A DNA stretch of 64,000 nt from Octopus vulgaris (lineage: Eukaryota). Below are positions 52,351-64,000 of the stretch, piece by piece. Where the stretch lies: assembly GCA_951406725.2 (NCBI GenBank), contig OX597814.1, positions 187,860,001-187,924,000 of the forward strand, given 5' to 3'. The position numbers and the translations under genes were made by a program. The notes below the pieces were generated by a model. That model made no database searches and was not told the origin of the DNA. It worked only from the letters and a program-made list of their open reading frames with translations. Positions within the stretch are counted from its first letter, which is position 1. Every line of letters begins with the position of its first letter.

Positions 52351-53264
52351 TCTATATACTAATAAAAGTGAAGTTCAAGCTTGCTTGCTTGCAATGTTAC
52401 ACAACCAAACTGGCGCATAATAGGAAAATACTATGAATTAAGTTGTCCCTGAAATGTTAATACGAACGGAATGAAACAAGTTTCGTGTAAACCAGACCAG
52501 TAGTTATTGAGATGTTTGGGGTATAGATACTCAAAACGGTGCATAATGGGAAAATATTCCGAATTTAACTTCATCCAGAAAGGGAAGAAACTCTAACCTT
52601 TAGATTAGACACATTATGACTAACTTGCCAACGAAAAATACAAGTTCTTACAGTGAATGTTTCTATTTTTGCTTTTGTTAAACACAATATTTTAAACATT
52701 TAGAAATATTTTTAAGCAAATGTGATTTCAAAAATGTAAGTTGTTTGTACAGTAATTATTTATATTTTAGCTTTCTTTAAACTGACAATATTTTAATGTT
52801 TTTTAAATTATTTTCAAGTGAAAAAAATTACACAACTCTTATTTGGCATATTTAAAAAAATATTTTTAAGTGAAAATAACTTTAGAAATACAGTAAATAT
52901 TTCATAAAAGACCCATTTGTTACGTTGGTGTGAAATAATTTTCTTCCATTGGTTTTTTTCAAGTGCATTCAACGTATCTCACCTCCAAAGATTTGGCTGC
53001 TATTTCTATCACGCCCTGTTACCACATAGCAGCTATTTTCGATAAAGGACACAAAATACCTGTTATGTGGTAGCAGGGCGTGCAAAAAATAACAGCCAAA
53101 TCTTTCCTTTTTCTGGTGGAAAGGAGCCGTGTATGTGTGATTTTGATGTCACATTCATTGAAAGCATGTGAAATAACCTAGAAAAAAGAAGAAAAAAAAA
53201 CCCACGAAACAAAGCTCTGGGAAACTAAGACTTTCCTGAAACCAACAGGTCACGAGTAGTCTAG
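52351..53264 (+). mobile_element. Non-autonomous Helitron-like element
   Basis: A|TCTATATACTAATAAAAG start in a (TA)n tract; ends with a degenerate hairpin and CTAG|T at 53261-53265. Confidence 0.55.
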
Positions 53265-53292
53265 TGTGTGTGTATATTATATATATATATAT

Positions 53293-53504
53293 TCTATAAT
53301 ATAAATTGGACATGGGTGGTCGTTATATTCTTTCTTGTCTTGAGGTTCGCAGCTAAACGGCTGGGTGGATTTACATGAAGAATGGCACACACGTGGAGAC
53401 GGGTGCATAGATTGAAATATGGTTTGTATTTTTTTTTCCTAAACTGAAAATGATCACAGCCACATCATCCAAACAGACTGGGTGAAACCGGGCTTAGCTG
53501 TTAG
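53293..53504 (+). mobile_element. Possible mini-Helitron
   Basis: TCTATAATATAAA start; GC-rich ctgggtgaaaccggg followed by TTAG|T (decayed CTAG). Confidence 0.35.
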
Positions 53505-53782
53505 TATATATATATATATATAAATAAGAAAATGGAGGAACAAATTCATTTCAGTCATCAACTTTCAGATATTACCATTTGAACTTGTTCCTCCATTTTC
53601 TTATTTGTATTATGAATTTACGGTAAAATATTTTACCTTCGCCCATCCGATACAATAAATGAATTAATTGCTTTGCAATAATAAACATTTATGTATTTGG
53701 CATTTGAGTGCTTCACCGGCAGTATATTGGATAACTGATATCCCACAGTAGGTTACCCTCATAACCCCTATCTTACTTTGTA

Positions 53783-53785
53783 CTA

Positions 53786-53865
<80 letters not shown>
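53783..53865. repeat. Long (TA)n microsatellite, representative of dozens of (TA)n/(CA)n tracts
   Basis: Read directly from the sequence. Confidence 0.95.
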
Positions 53866-53869
<4 letters not shown>

Positions 53870-54078
53870 CAAGGTGTCCCAAAAGTCGCGCACCTTTCTG
53901 GTTTTTATTTAAAATAATTAAAACATTTTATTTTATTATATTTTTTTGGCATGTTTTATTGTAGAGGGTGCTCAATTTGAGCATTTGTTGTGATTAATTT
54001 CAATAATGTGTTTTTGAAATCAGTAAAGGTGTATTCTTTTATGAAACCAGGGTGGTGTGCGATTTCTGGGACACCCTG
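53870..54078. mobile_element. Tc1/mariner-type MITE
   Basis: TA|CAAGGTGTCCCAAAAGTCGCGCACC ... GGTGTGCGATTTCTGGGACACCCTG|TA. Confidence 0.85.
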
Positions 54079-54411
54079 TATGTATATATATATATATATC
54101 TATATATATATATATATATATCTATATCTATATATATATATATATATATATATACACGAAACACGCATTGAGTCGAAACAGGGGCAGCTGAAGAAGGGGA
54201 ATGTTCCTTGTGTTGGTTGTCTTGTACTCTGTTTTTTCGTTGTTAAAAAAAGTCCATTTCCTTGTTTGGTTTTATGTTTTCGTTTCTCGTTGTGTTCTAT
54301 GTTTATTTGTGGTGTCCTGTACTCACATATGCATGTATATATACATGTAGATGTAGGTATGTACATATATGTATGTATGTATGTATGCATATGTTTTATT
54401 TATTATATTAT

Positions 54412-54452
<41 letters not shown>

Positions 54453-54948
54453 GCCAAGATAAAACTCTGAGTTTCGGGATGCCGAAAAACGCTATGAAAA
54501 TAGACCGTTATTTATTATATATCAGCATGGTTCAGATCAACCCAAAAAAACTGGTATTGTCAGTTGGCATCATTAGGTTGTAGCCAGCATAATAGATAAC
54601 GGTCTTTTTTCATAGCGTTTTTCTAATGGCCAGATAACCGAAGAGATGGTGGTGTGGATTTCCACCTCGGCATCCGAAACTCAGAGTTTTATCTTGGCTA
54701 CTGAATAATTGTCACATATTTTACCTTCGCCCATCCGATACAATAAATTGCTTTGGAATTATAGGCATTTATGTATTTGGCATTTGGGTGCTTCACCAGC
54801 AGTATATTGGATGACTGATATCCCATATCCCTCATAACCCCTATCTTACTTTGTACTATATATATATATTACAGATAAATTCCTCTATTTACATAATATT
54901 GAGGTCTCTTTATTTCTTTTGCTATCTTACCGTTTTTACCAATATATA

Positions 54949-55011
<63 letters not shown>

Positions 55012-55472
55012 TCACATATGTGCTTGTGTATCTGTTTGTTTGTTTGTAATTGTGCCTATGAAAGTCATTTGCTACAACTAGTGTTGTCGCTTCTGCCAAC
55101 AAATCATCTGTTCATTTCATGCCTTTAATGATATGTAAAAGAAGAGTTTCCCTTACTTGAAAAACAGGTAAAACAGTGTCTCACTAAAATATGCCCAACC
55201 TGTGCTAGCACAGAAAAAATACGATTGTAAAATGAACAGACAATATCCATATACATAAATACATATTGAAAAGCTCTAGAGGAGGTTTCATGAGTAAATT
55301 TGTATTAAAAAAACAAAAGGCAATAAAATGCTTTGAGCACTTCCTCATGGTGAAAGAATGTATAAAAAAAACGTAATTTTTTTTTCTTTTGTTCATTATA
55401 AAGTTCTCAGGCCATTTCTTTTTGTTTTTACATTTGTAGATATTTTTATATACATAGGTAAAAACTGATATA

Positions 55473-56307
55473 CAGGGTATGATGAATAAACTGTCATCTA
55501 AATCAGGGTACAATGAATAAACTGTCATCTAATAATACTAACACCTCATTTTAACAGATATAGTTACCAAAATTACATAAAAATATCTTGAAGTATTAAA
55601 GAGTAAACTTATTCAATAAAATTGCCATTGGCTTCAACCACAGCCTCCAGACAACATCAAAATTTCCTGCAACACTTCTGGATGGTCTCCTTGTTTAAGT
55701 TGGTGAATGCTGCCATAATCCTTGCCTTCAGTTCATCTTACAAGGAGTTTTATTGGTCTCTCACTCAACTGTCCCCCACACATAATAATCAAGGGGCTTG
55801 CAGTCAGGGGAGTTAGGTGGCCAGTTGTTAGGGTTGATGTGGTTGCAGAAATTGTCTGCCAACCATGATTGGGTTCTCCCACTTGCGTGGCATGGAAGAT
55901 GCAGGGTCTTCCAACTGCTACCCTCTTGACCCAAGGCAGTACTACCTCCCCCAAGCACTTGATTACAGGCCTCTGTATCGAGTCTGAGGCCATGTGGGAA
56001 GATGAATTGAGGCATAATGTCACCATTGTTTGTGATGTGACAGGATGTTTAATTTTTATCATTCTCAGTACGTGTCCTTAGATTGACACCCAAATGTTCA
56101 TATTGGAACTTCTAGCATGAATGTCAAGCAGTGCAGCATGTTGTTTCCAAATTTATGTTGGAGTGAATTGCGTCATGGTGCTGTTTTTCTCACAGACGAT
56201 GCCCAACTGACCCTACCATACTGTGTAGTCAACAAAATTAAAAACAAACAATGTGCATGTGCAAAATTAAAAATATAAAATAGTGACAATTTACCCATTG
56301 CACCCTG
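55473..56307 (-). mobile_element. Tc1/mariner (maT/DD37D-like) relic
   Basis: WPPNSPDCKPLDYYVWGTVE motif; TIRs TA|CAGGGT..ATGAATAAACTGTCA (tandemly doubled at left) and TGACAATTTACCCATTGCACCCTG|TA. Confidence 0.82.
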
Positions 56308-56532
56308 TATATGCACATAATACACACACATTTGTAAAATTTCACCTATGTACAAATACAGGTAGACATGCTATCATACATATACAAATATACAAGTGTA
56401 GAAACGTGTGTGTATGTATATGTATATATGACTCTTTTTATGTATGTGAAATATATACAAATACTTATGCATATTGCTCACTGGCCCATAAATGTACCTA
56501 TATGTGTATATAGTTACTTGAACTGAAAAAAA

Positions 56533-56567
<35 letters not shown>

Positions 56568-56642
56568 GTATGCACACAGACATACATACACATATGCATA
56601 TGCTAGCAGATACACAGGAAATATAATTATGTATGCATATAC

Positions 56643-56692
<50 letters not shown>

Positions 56693-57130
56693 GCTGTTAC
56701 TTGTTTCAGTCATTTGACTGCAGCCATGCTGGAGCACCACCTTTAGTTGAGCAGATCAACCCCAGGACTTATTCTTTAGAAGCCTAGTACTTATTCTTTA
56801 GAAGCCTAGTACTTATTCTATCAGTCTCTTTTGCTGAACCGCTAGGTTACAGGAACATAAACACACCACCATCAGTTGTCAAGCGATGTTGGGGAGACAA
56901 ACACAGACACACAAACATATATACACACACATATATACATATATACGATGGGCTTCTTTCAGTTTCCATCTACCAAATCCACTCACAAGGCTTTGGTCGG
57001 CCCAAGGCTATAGTAGAAGACACTTGCCCAAGGTTCCACACTGTGGGATTGAACCTGGAACCATGTGGTTGGTAGGTAAGCTACTTACCACACAGCCACT
57101 CCTGAGCCTATAGTCAAGTGTGATCTTAAA

Positions 57131-58579
57131 ACTCCTGTACTGCAAGTCAATGCAGCTATTGTCAAGTGTGATCTGCATAATTCAGATAGTTTTTGTGTGG
57201 CACCCTAAATCAGGAACTAAGCACTCTTCTGTTTGAGAAAGAATGTTTAGTCTCACTTTAGAATAAACTTACTGTCAAAAGATTTCCTGTTCATATGATG
57301 CACTTTTGGATTTCTTGTTTATTAATGAACCTCTTCAGAAGAACTTCTTTTTTCTTGCTTTAGCTTTCAAGCATTATGTTTGATATTCCTCAAGTGTTGA
57401 GTTAGAATTTGGTGATATTATTTATTAATGTTTTAAGGATAAATTAGAGAATGTGAGCGTGACCTTGGAGAAAATAATCAGAGAAATATTTCAGTATCAT
57501 TTATATATATCAGTGATCTAAATGATTTATGTATATATAAGTATAATCTATAGATACATATAAAAGCATGTGTGTATCTATATAAAATAGGTGTGGTTAA
57601 GGAGTTTGCTTTTGAAGCAAATGGTCTCAGTTTCAGTCCCACTGTGTGGCATCTTGGGCAAGTGTCTACTACTATAGCTCCAAGCTGACCAAAGCCTTGT
57701 GGAAACTGATGGAAACCTGTTTAAAAACTTATTAATGGCTAAAAGTGACTGAAAAGTGTCATATAAAATTGTATCCTTAAAATAATCCATGTTTTTTAAA
57801 AAATAAATCACTTTATTTACTCAAGCAACAACAAAAAAATTTAATTAATAATTTATGTTGATAACCTTATCTAACTATATACTTCAGTTGTTTCATTAAA
57901 TGAATATGTGTTAATATCTTGTTTTGAATAACTGATTAACTGTCAAACTTAATTGGTGTTAGTAATTAACTTTGTGCTATAAGTATTACAAATGAAGCAG
58001 TCTCTATTTAGAGGGTAGCACAAAGGAGTGTTGAAATTGCATTTGATTAGATTCGGTGTATGGTTTTGGTTTTCATATTTAGATATATTTAAGTGGTTGT
58101 AATTAGCTAGTTTTCTCAAAGTTGCTGGTTGTAGAATACAGTATTTTGTGTTTTTCTTACAATTTGAGATACTTATGGTTAGGGTAGAAATGTCTTTCTA
58201 GGATTTTGAAGAAATGGTTGGCTACAGGTGTACAGAACTAAAGGTTGAAGGGTGGATTAAACCAAATAATCTTTTTCTGCTTTGTTTTTCTTTCTTATTG
58301 GTATGATATTATTTGTATATTGGACTTTTTATCTGTATTTAATATCGTGAAGTTCCTGAAGGTGTTGCAGTTTCATTGACTACAGATTCATTGAATGATA
58401 AAGTAGAGAGTTTTAACTCTTAATACTCCTGTACTGCAAGTCAATGCAACTATAGTCAAGTGTGATCTGCCTAATTCAGATAGTTGTTGTCTGGGGCCAT
58501 AAATCAGGAACTAAGCACTCTTCTGTTTGAGAAACAATGTTTAGTCTCACTTAAGAAAAAAACTTACTGTCAAAAGATT
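57131..58579. repeat. ~150-bp dispersed direct duplication (57131-57283 and 58426-58579)
   Basis: actcctgtactgcaagtcaatgca..aaacttactgtcaaaagatt occurs twice with modest divergence. Confidence 0.9.
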
Positions 58580-58910
58580 GGGTTTCAGTTGCACAAAATC
58601 ACCTTGATTATATAGAAAACAAGGAAGACTTTTTGAAAACTTTGCATAGGCCTGTGAGCAGGTATTGCCAAGCTTTTGGCAAAATTTGATGCAGATTTTC
58701 TGCTCAACTTTCTTTGTCATGGTCAATGTGATGATTATATGCTGCACACCTTCCTTCTAAGCATTACTGTAAACAGTGGAAGTGAGCTAGACCATTAAAA
58801 CTCAGTGCACAAGCTCAACAGAGTTCAAGGTCAATCTGTGCCAAGCGGCTTCACTCTGTGATTTAGGTTCATTACAATAGCAACAGTCCAGATACTTATT
58901 GATCAGACCA
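58580..58910 (-). mobile_element. One arm of the same mariner fold-back family as 49.3 kb
   Basis: Reverse complement of ~49305-49630, including the same internal junction; encodes VEQKICIKFCQKLGNTCSQAYAK. Confidence 0.8.
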
Positions 58911-61080
58911 CATATATATAGTAAGAAAATTTTAAGTAATAATAAAAATGTGATCTGTTTCTCTTTGCACATAAGAAGTATTAAGTTACTAAATATTGAC
59001 CAAAAAAAAAAAAAAAATCATTGAAATTGTGGGAGATTGTTAAAGGAACCATGGAAACCATAAGAAAATATAATAAACTAACTAGAGCATGCTTCTGAAA
59101 GGAAATGACAAGGCATGGTAAATCATTCCTAATAATATCAGTTTGAATGATTTAGACACTCTTTTTCATTTTGTATTGAAATGTTACATGTTGCACCATT
59201 AACAAGATTAAATGAAAGGCCTAATACAGAATAAATTCTTCCCTTCTCTGCCAGGAAAGGAGTAAAGCAATTATGGCAGATGAGGTTACTGCAATGTTTT
59301 TATCTTTATGAGCATAAATAGAGCAACACCATACAAACAAGATAGCTTTGGATATTGGTAATAAATCATAATACTACTTTAATATGTATTACTTGTTTCA
59401 TTTCTTGGAAAGCTGCCTGTTGCTCTATATTTCATATATCTCTGTTTTCATAAAAAAAAATTATTCATTGTCTTTAAAACTTCCATGATCTTGAATAATT
59501 AATTCACTTTGTATTCCATTGTTCACATTAGCCTTGTTAGGTATTGCTGTGGCCAGTTAATTATTCGAAGTAAGCTCACAGTTTTGCTTAGTATGTATGA
59601 GACCAGGGAATTCATTAACCCCCTAATAGATTCATTATACCAACTGAAAATTGTTTTTCAAATGCTCTAAATAATATCGCAGCTACTGCAATGATGTAGC
59701 AAAGAGCAAACAATCTGAAATCTTTGTAACTGATGTGGCATTACAGAAATGTGTACACCCTCCATTGTCTTATAGTATTTTCACTAATTCTCTGTCTAGT
59801 CCATTTTGACAGCATCTTCTTTGTAATTAGCATGAATGTCACCATAGCAATTCTAATATTCTAAAATGATGTAGCTCCTGAAATATGTTTAATAAAGTTC
59901 TTAGATAATAACACTCCCTGTCTGTTGGAGAAAAGAAATGCATCTGTATAAATGAGTGTGTGTTGTATTTTCTGTTAATCTGCATTTTCTTGCTTTTATC
60001 CCATGTGTAATTTTCTGAGACAATCAGGAGAGCAGATTATATACTTTGAAAACTGCAGAGAAATTGAAGATAACTCTCATCCATAATTAGAGTTATTTCT
60101 CTCAATAATCTGTCCAGCTTGCTTCTCTTTTTTGAAACAAGCATTCAAACTTTCTAAATTGACCACTACTTGTTCATAGGCAGATATGAACCGTGTAATT
60201 TAAACCAAAATATTTCCAACTGTTTTTGATGTTGAAACATACTGGTCATTGGTATAATTTATCAATTTCATCTGTTTTTTTTCCTTTTAAATCTTTTCCT
60301 TGTTATGTGTCAGTTTTTCTTGACCTTTATGAATATATTTACTTACATATTTTATTGTTATAACAGTTCCAAATACTTCCACATCAGTGAATTATAAATG
60401 AGAAGATTATTGTTGTATTAAGGAAAATCAATTATTCGTGTTTTTAAGACATTGAAGTATGTAATTTGAGGCATACTTATTTCTAATTAATATGATTTAA
60501 TTTAAAACTTGGAAGATTTTCTATTCTTAATCAGACTTTTACCTACCCAACCTGGCATCTGTAGGTGGGTTGTCCCTTGACTTTATCACAGTTTGCTTAC
60601 ATTCCACCTTTTCTTTACTATGTTTTCACTTTCTCTTTCAGTATATCTTTCGACTAAATTGTCTTCTGGCATATGCTTTCAACTAATGTAAAACTATGCT
60701 TTCAACATTTTACAAAATCTTTTCATTGAATGTTCATCAACTCATAGGGGATTCAATAAAATAAATAGATGTGTTATGAGTTTTATAAATGTCCAGTGGC
60801 TTAGAAACAGAATTATTTTGTTACGTAAATATGTAGTGGTGGATAGCAGAATCGGAGCATCAGTCAAAATGTCTTCAATGTTCTGAGTTTACATTTGGCT
60901 AATGCCAGTTGTGCCCTTCACTTTCAACGGATTGATAAAATTAAGTCCTGGCCTTTATTGAATAAAACTAAAACCGAAATAAGTAGTCTTGTGTCTCTGT
61001 AGAGAAATCATTAGAAAAGAAAAAAAATTTTCGCCTTTTGTTGTATATTTTTCAAGATAGTTTCTTTTCAATTATTACAG

Positions 61081-61101
61081 CTGTTCCACCAGAAGAAAAT
61101 G
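61081..61101 (+). CDS. Candidate 21-nt phase-1 microexon (AVPPEEN)
   Basis: tttcttttcaattattacag|CTGTTCCACCAGAAGAAAATG|gtaggt; frame-preserving and stop-free; lies in a SINE-poor stretch. Confidence 0.45.
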
Positions 61102-62687
61102 GTAGGTTCAAGAAGAATTGTCAACAACACCTTCTTTCTTTTTTCTCACACTAGCTATTGCTTATCTCCTTCTCCCTTATTTTTTCCTTTTCCTCTTGTG
61201 TTGTATAGTTTCTAAACTGCACAAGCACTGACTTCTGTCAATTCACCAAGCCTCACTTATCCTTTTTCTAGATTAATAGATGCACCTCAACTCTGCCGAA
61301 AAACAAAGCTCTTGTCAAATGACCAAAATAACAAATCAGCTATTCTTTAGGATTTTGAGCACTTTTCTAACACAATAATCAATGTTGTAATCCAATAGCT
61401 TTCACTGTCTTTATGAATTTTGAAATATAAAAGTAAAATCTAGATGTGTATCTATGTACACACACGTGTGTGTTGTGTATGTGTGTGTGTGAGAGAGAGA
61501 GAATGATATTGTCATTAGCACTAGTTAAATTTTGTTATTTTCAGCATTGTCGTTTAAGCACTTTGAAATATTACAAATTGTTTTCATAAATTGTAAGAAT
61601 TTCTACATTGCTAAAAATATTAATAATAAAGAAAAATTATACTGTCGATTCCAATCAGTTTGTTTAGGCCAAAATAAAATAAACCTCAATATTTCTCATT
61701 TTTTCTTCCACCCTTAATGCTTCAGTTTTTTTTCTCTTATATCAAGATTATGTTAGTGCTAACTTAATCTTTTATGATGATGCTTCATTATTACTCACTA
61801 CTAAACACTAATATCCCTAAATATTGGTTTCCCCGCTGGTAGACCTCGATTCTTTGTTCCTAAACAATAACCATATTTTTAATTACTTTCATTTATAATT
61901 AACTTTTGTCTGGAATATTTCAGTAAATATTCGTATAATTTGTTGATGTAATCGTTTGTTAAATGTTAAATCTGCAGTTCATATTGTGTACAGAGGAATC
62001 CATTCTCTGTATTTTTATGTGGAGGATGGATCCATTTGTAATAATGTCATTCATATGCCAGGGTTGAGAGCAGTGGGTGACAAAGTGCTACTTGTAAGGT
62101 CTGAAGAGCATTGTCTGTTACAATTGTGGTGTAAGTGAAGTAAAAAATAATACAGTATGAAGGATGTAGAACTAGAGATTGAAGAGTTTCAATGATGGAA
62201 TGTTTATTCATAGAGTGCATGTCTCTCTCATTAAACTTTGGTAATTTAAGATATGAGAAATGAACATAGTTATAGTGGGAAGTGAGTTAGTAAAATGAAG
62301 GTAGAAAACAATATGATAAGATTTTATAGACGAACAGTCATTAATTTTCCCTTTTGTCTGTAAATTCAATATTTGGGTTTCTTCTATTGCTGATATCTAG
62401 ATGCTTTTATGCATGCAGACTATGTTATTGTATAAAATATTGGCTTCTTACTTAGGTACAGCAGAATATGGAGAATGATGTTATGATGATTGTTTTTTTC
62501 CTAGGGGGTTAGGTGATATAATGATGTGAATTGGCTACAGTTACTATTTAGGTTACTAAACTGGGCCACAAACTTGGTGGCTTTCCAAGAGCTTACCTCA
62601 ACGTTACTGTATTTTGAACAAGCATAATAATTATTAATGTGGGAAAAATGTTTTAGTATTTTATCTTGTGTTATAAATGTAGAACAT

Positions 62688-62718
<31 letters not shown>

Positions 62719-64000
62719 TCATTTTTGTTATCTAGTTATATGTTTTAAAATATATTTTATATTTTATTTATGATTTGGTTTATGTCTATCATTGTTTGAA
62801 TTGCATAATAGTGGTTTTTCCTCTAATTTATATTATATTATATATATATATAAAACAGATAATTGTTCAAAATACATTTTCAATTACAAGGTTCAGCAAC
62901 ATTTTCTACCAAATTCCAGTAGCTTGAGCATTTTGAGAAATTGAATTGTTGCTTTTCATAGTTTTATAATTTGGTAAAGCTAATTTTATCACATTGAAGG
63001 TTACTAATTATAGTATAGATATATGGTTGCCAACTGGCAGAATCTTTATTGAATAGAATTCTTTGTGATGTTTGTTCTGGCTTTCTGCATTCTGAATTCA
63101 GATTGTACTGAGGTCAACTTCGCCTTTCATGGTTTTTGGAGTGAGGGTCAGGTGGATAACTAAAGTACTACTGTAAGAGCAGAGAAGGGCAGAATTGTTT
63201 GGGAATTAGACAAGGTGCTTTGCTGTATGTTTTTGGCTTTATTGTGATGTTGGTTTCAGTAGTTTATCTCTCTCCATTGCAAAACACTAGCTGACAGATG
63301 AGAGAGAGGGTCCAGAGATGACTAAAGATTTAAATGAATGAATGACTATATATTTTAGTGTAATTATGTTGAAAAGTTAATCACCTTTTGCAAATACTTA
63401 ATGGAAACAGTTTCTTTTAAGAAATATTCCATTTAAGTAATAGGCTTTCTTCAATGGGTATCTATGTCTTAGTACATTCTGTGGTTTAATATACTGTTAG
63501 CATGGTAAAAAAGTGGAACAGTTTATTATAGGAAATGTTTGAGCCATCTGCCAGATGAGTCGAATCTTAAAGTACTGCATTGTGTTGTTGATCCTGATTC
63601 TGTTTATTTCAATGTATGCATAACCCAGGAAGAAAAAGATTAGGTTTTTCTTTGGAAACTAGGTGTTATGTATTTTATAATATGAAAAGAAATAACATTG
63701 TTTTCTTTTAATCATATTTTATCCTTGAAGAAAAGAAATCAAATCAGGCACGGGCATGGCTGTGTGGTAAGAAGCTTGCTTCCCAACTACATGGTCCCAG
63801 GTTCAGTTCCACTGCGTGGCACCTTGGTCAAGTGTCTTCTATAGCCTTGGACCAGTCAAAGCCTTGGGAGTGGATTTGGTAGACAGAAATTGAAAGAAGC
63901 CTATCATTTATATATATATGTATGTGTATGTGTCTTTGTGTATGTTTGCCCCCCACCACTGCTTGACAACTGGTGTTGGTGTGTTTACATCCCCATAACT

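Noticed and set aside
58353-58420. Phase-1 exon VPEGVAVSLTTDSLNDK
   Set aside because: Weak acceptor (GAAG), no credible donor, and it runs into a stop.
61978-62130. 153-nt symmetric phase-1 exon with GTAAGT donor
   Set aside because: Poor pyrimidine tract, and other frames show RTE finger remnants (ILC..CGGWIH), so it is likely LINE debris; exonisation is not excluded.

Overview
AT-rich, microsatellite- and repeat-dense animal genomic DNA. The SINE/LINE repertoire looks like a coleoid cephalopod (Octopus-like); this is recognised from memory, not from a search. One host gene is visible: a SEC16 (ER exit-site scaffold) orthologue on the + strand. It has a probable CpG-rich promoter and non-coding first exon at ~14.3-14.6 kb, a ~19 kb first intron, and a 3116-bp first coding exon (33455-36570). 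The next intron runs past the window end and holds two candidate in-frame phase-1 microexons (43371-43388, 61081-61101). The rest is transposon debris: four SINE-like families, CR1/RTE/Hero/R4/Penelope LINE fragments, Tc1/mariner and pogo relics, MITEs, and Helitrons, one carrying a PIF1-type helicase pseudogene. Most short ORFs in the track are repeat artefacts. Repeat boundaries are approximate, and not every degraded copy is listed.
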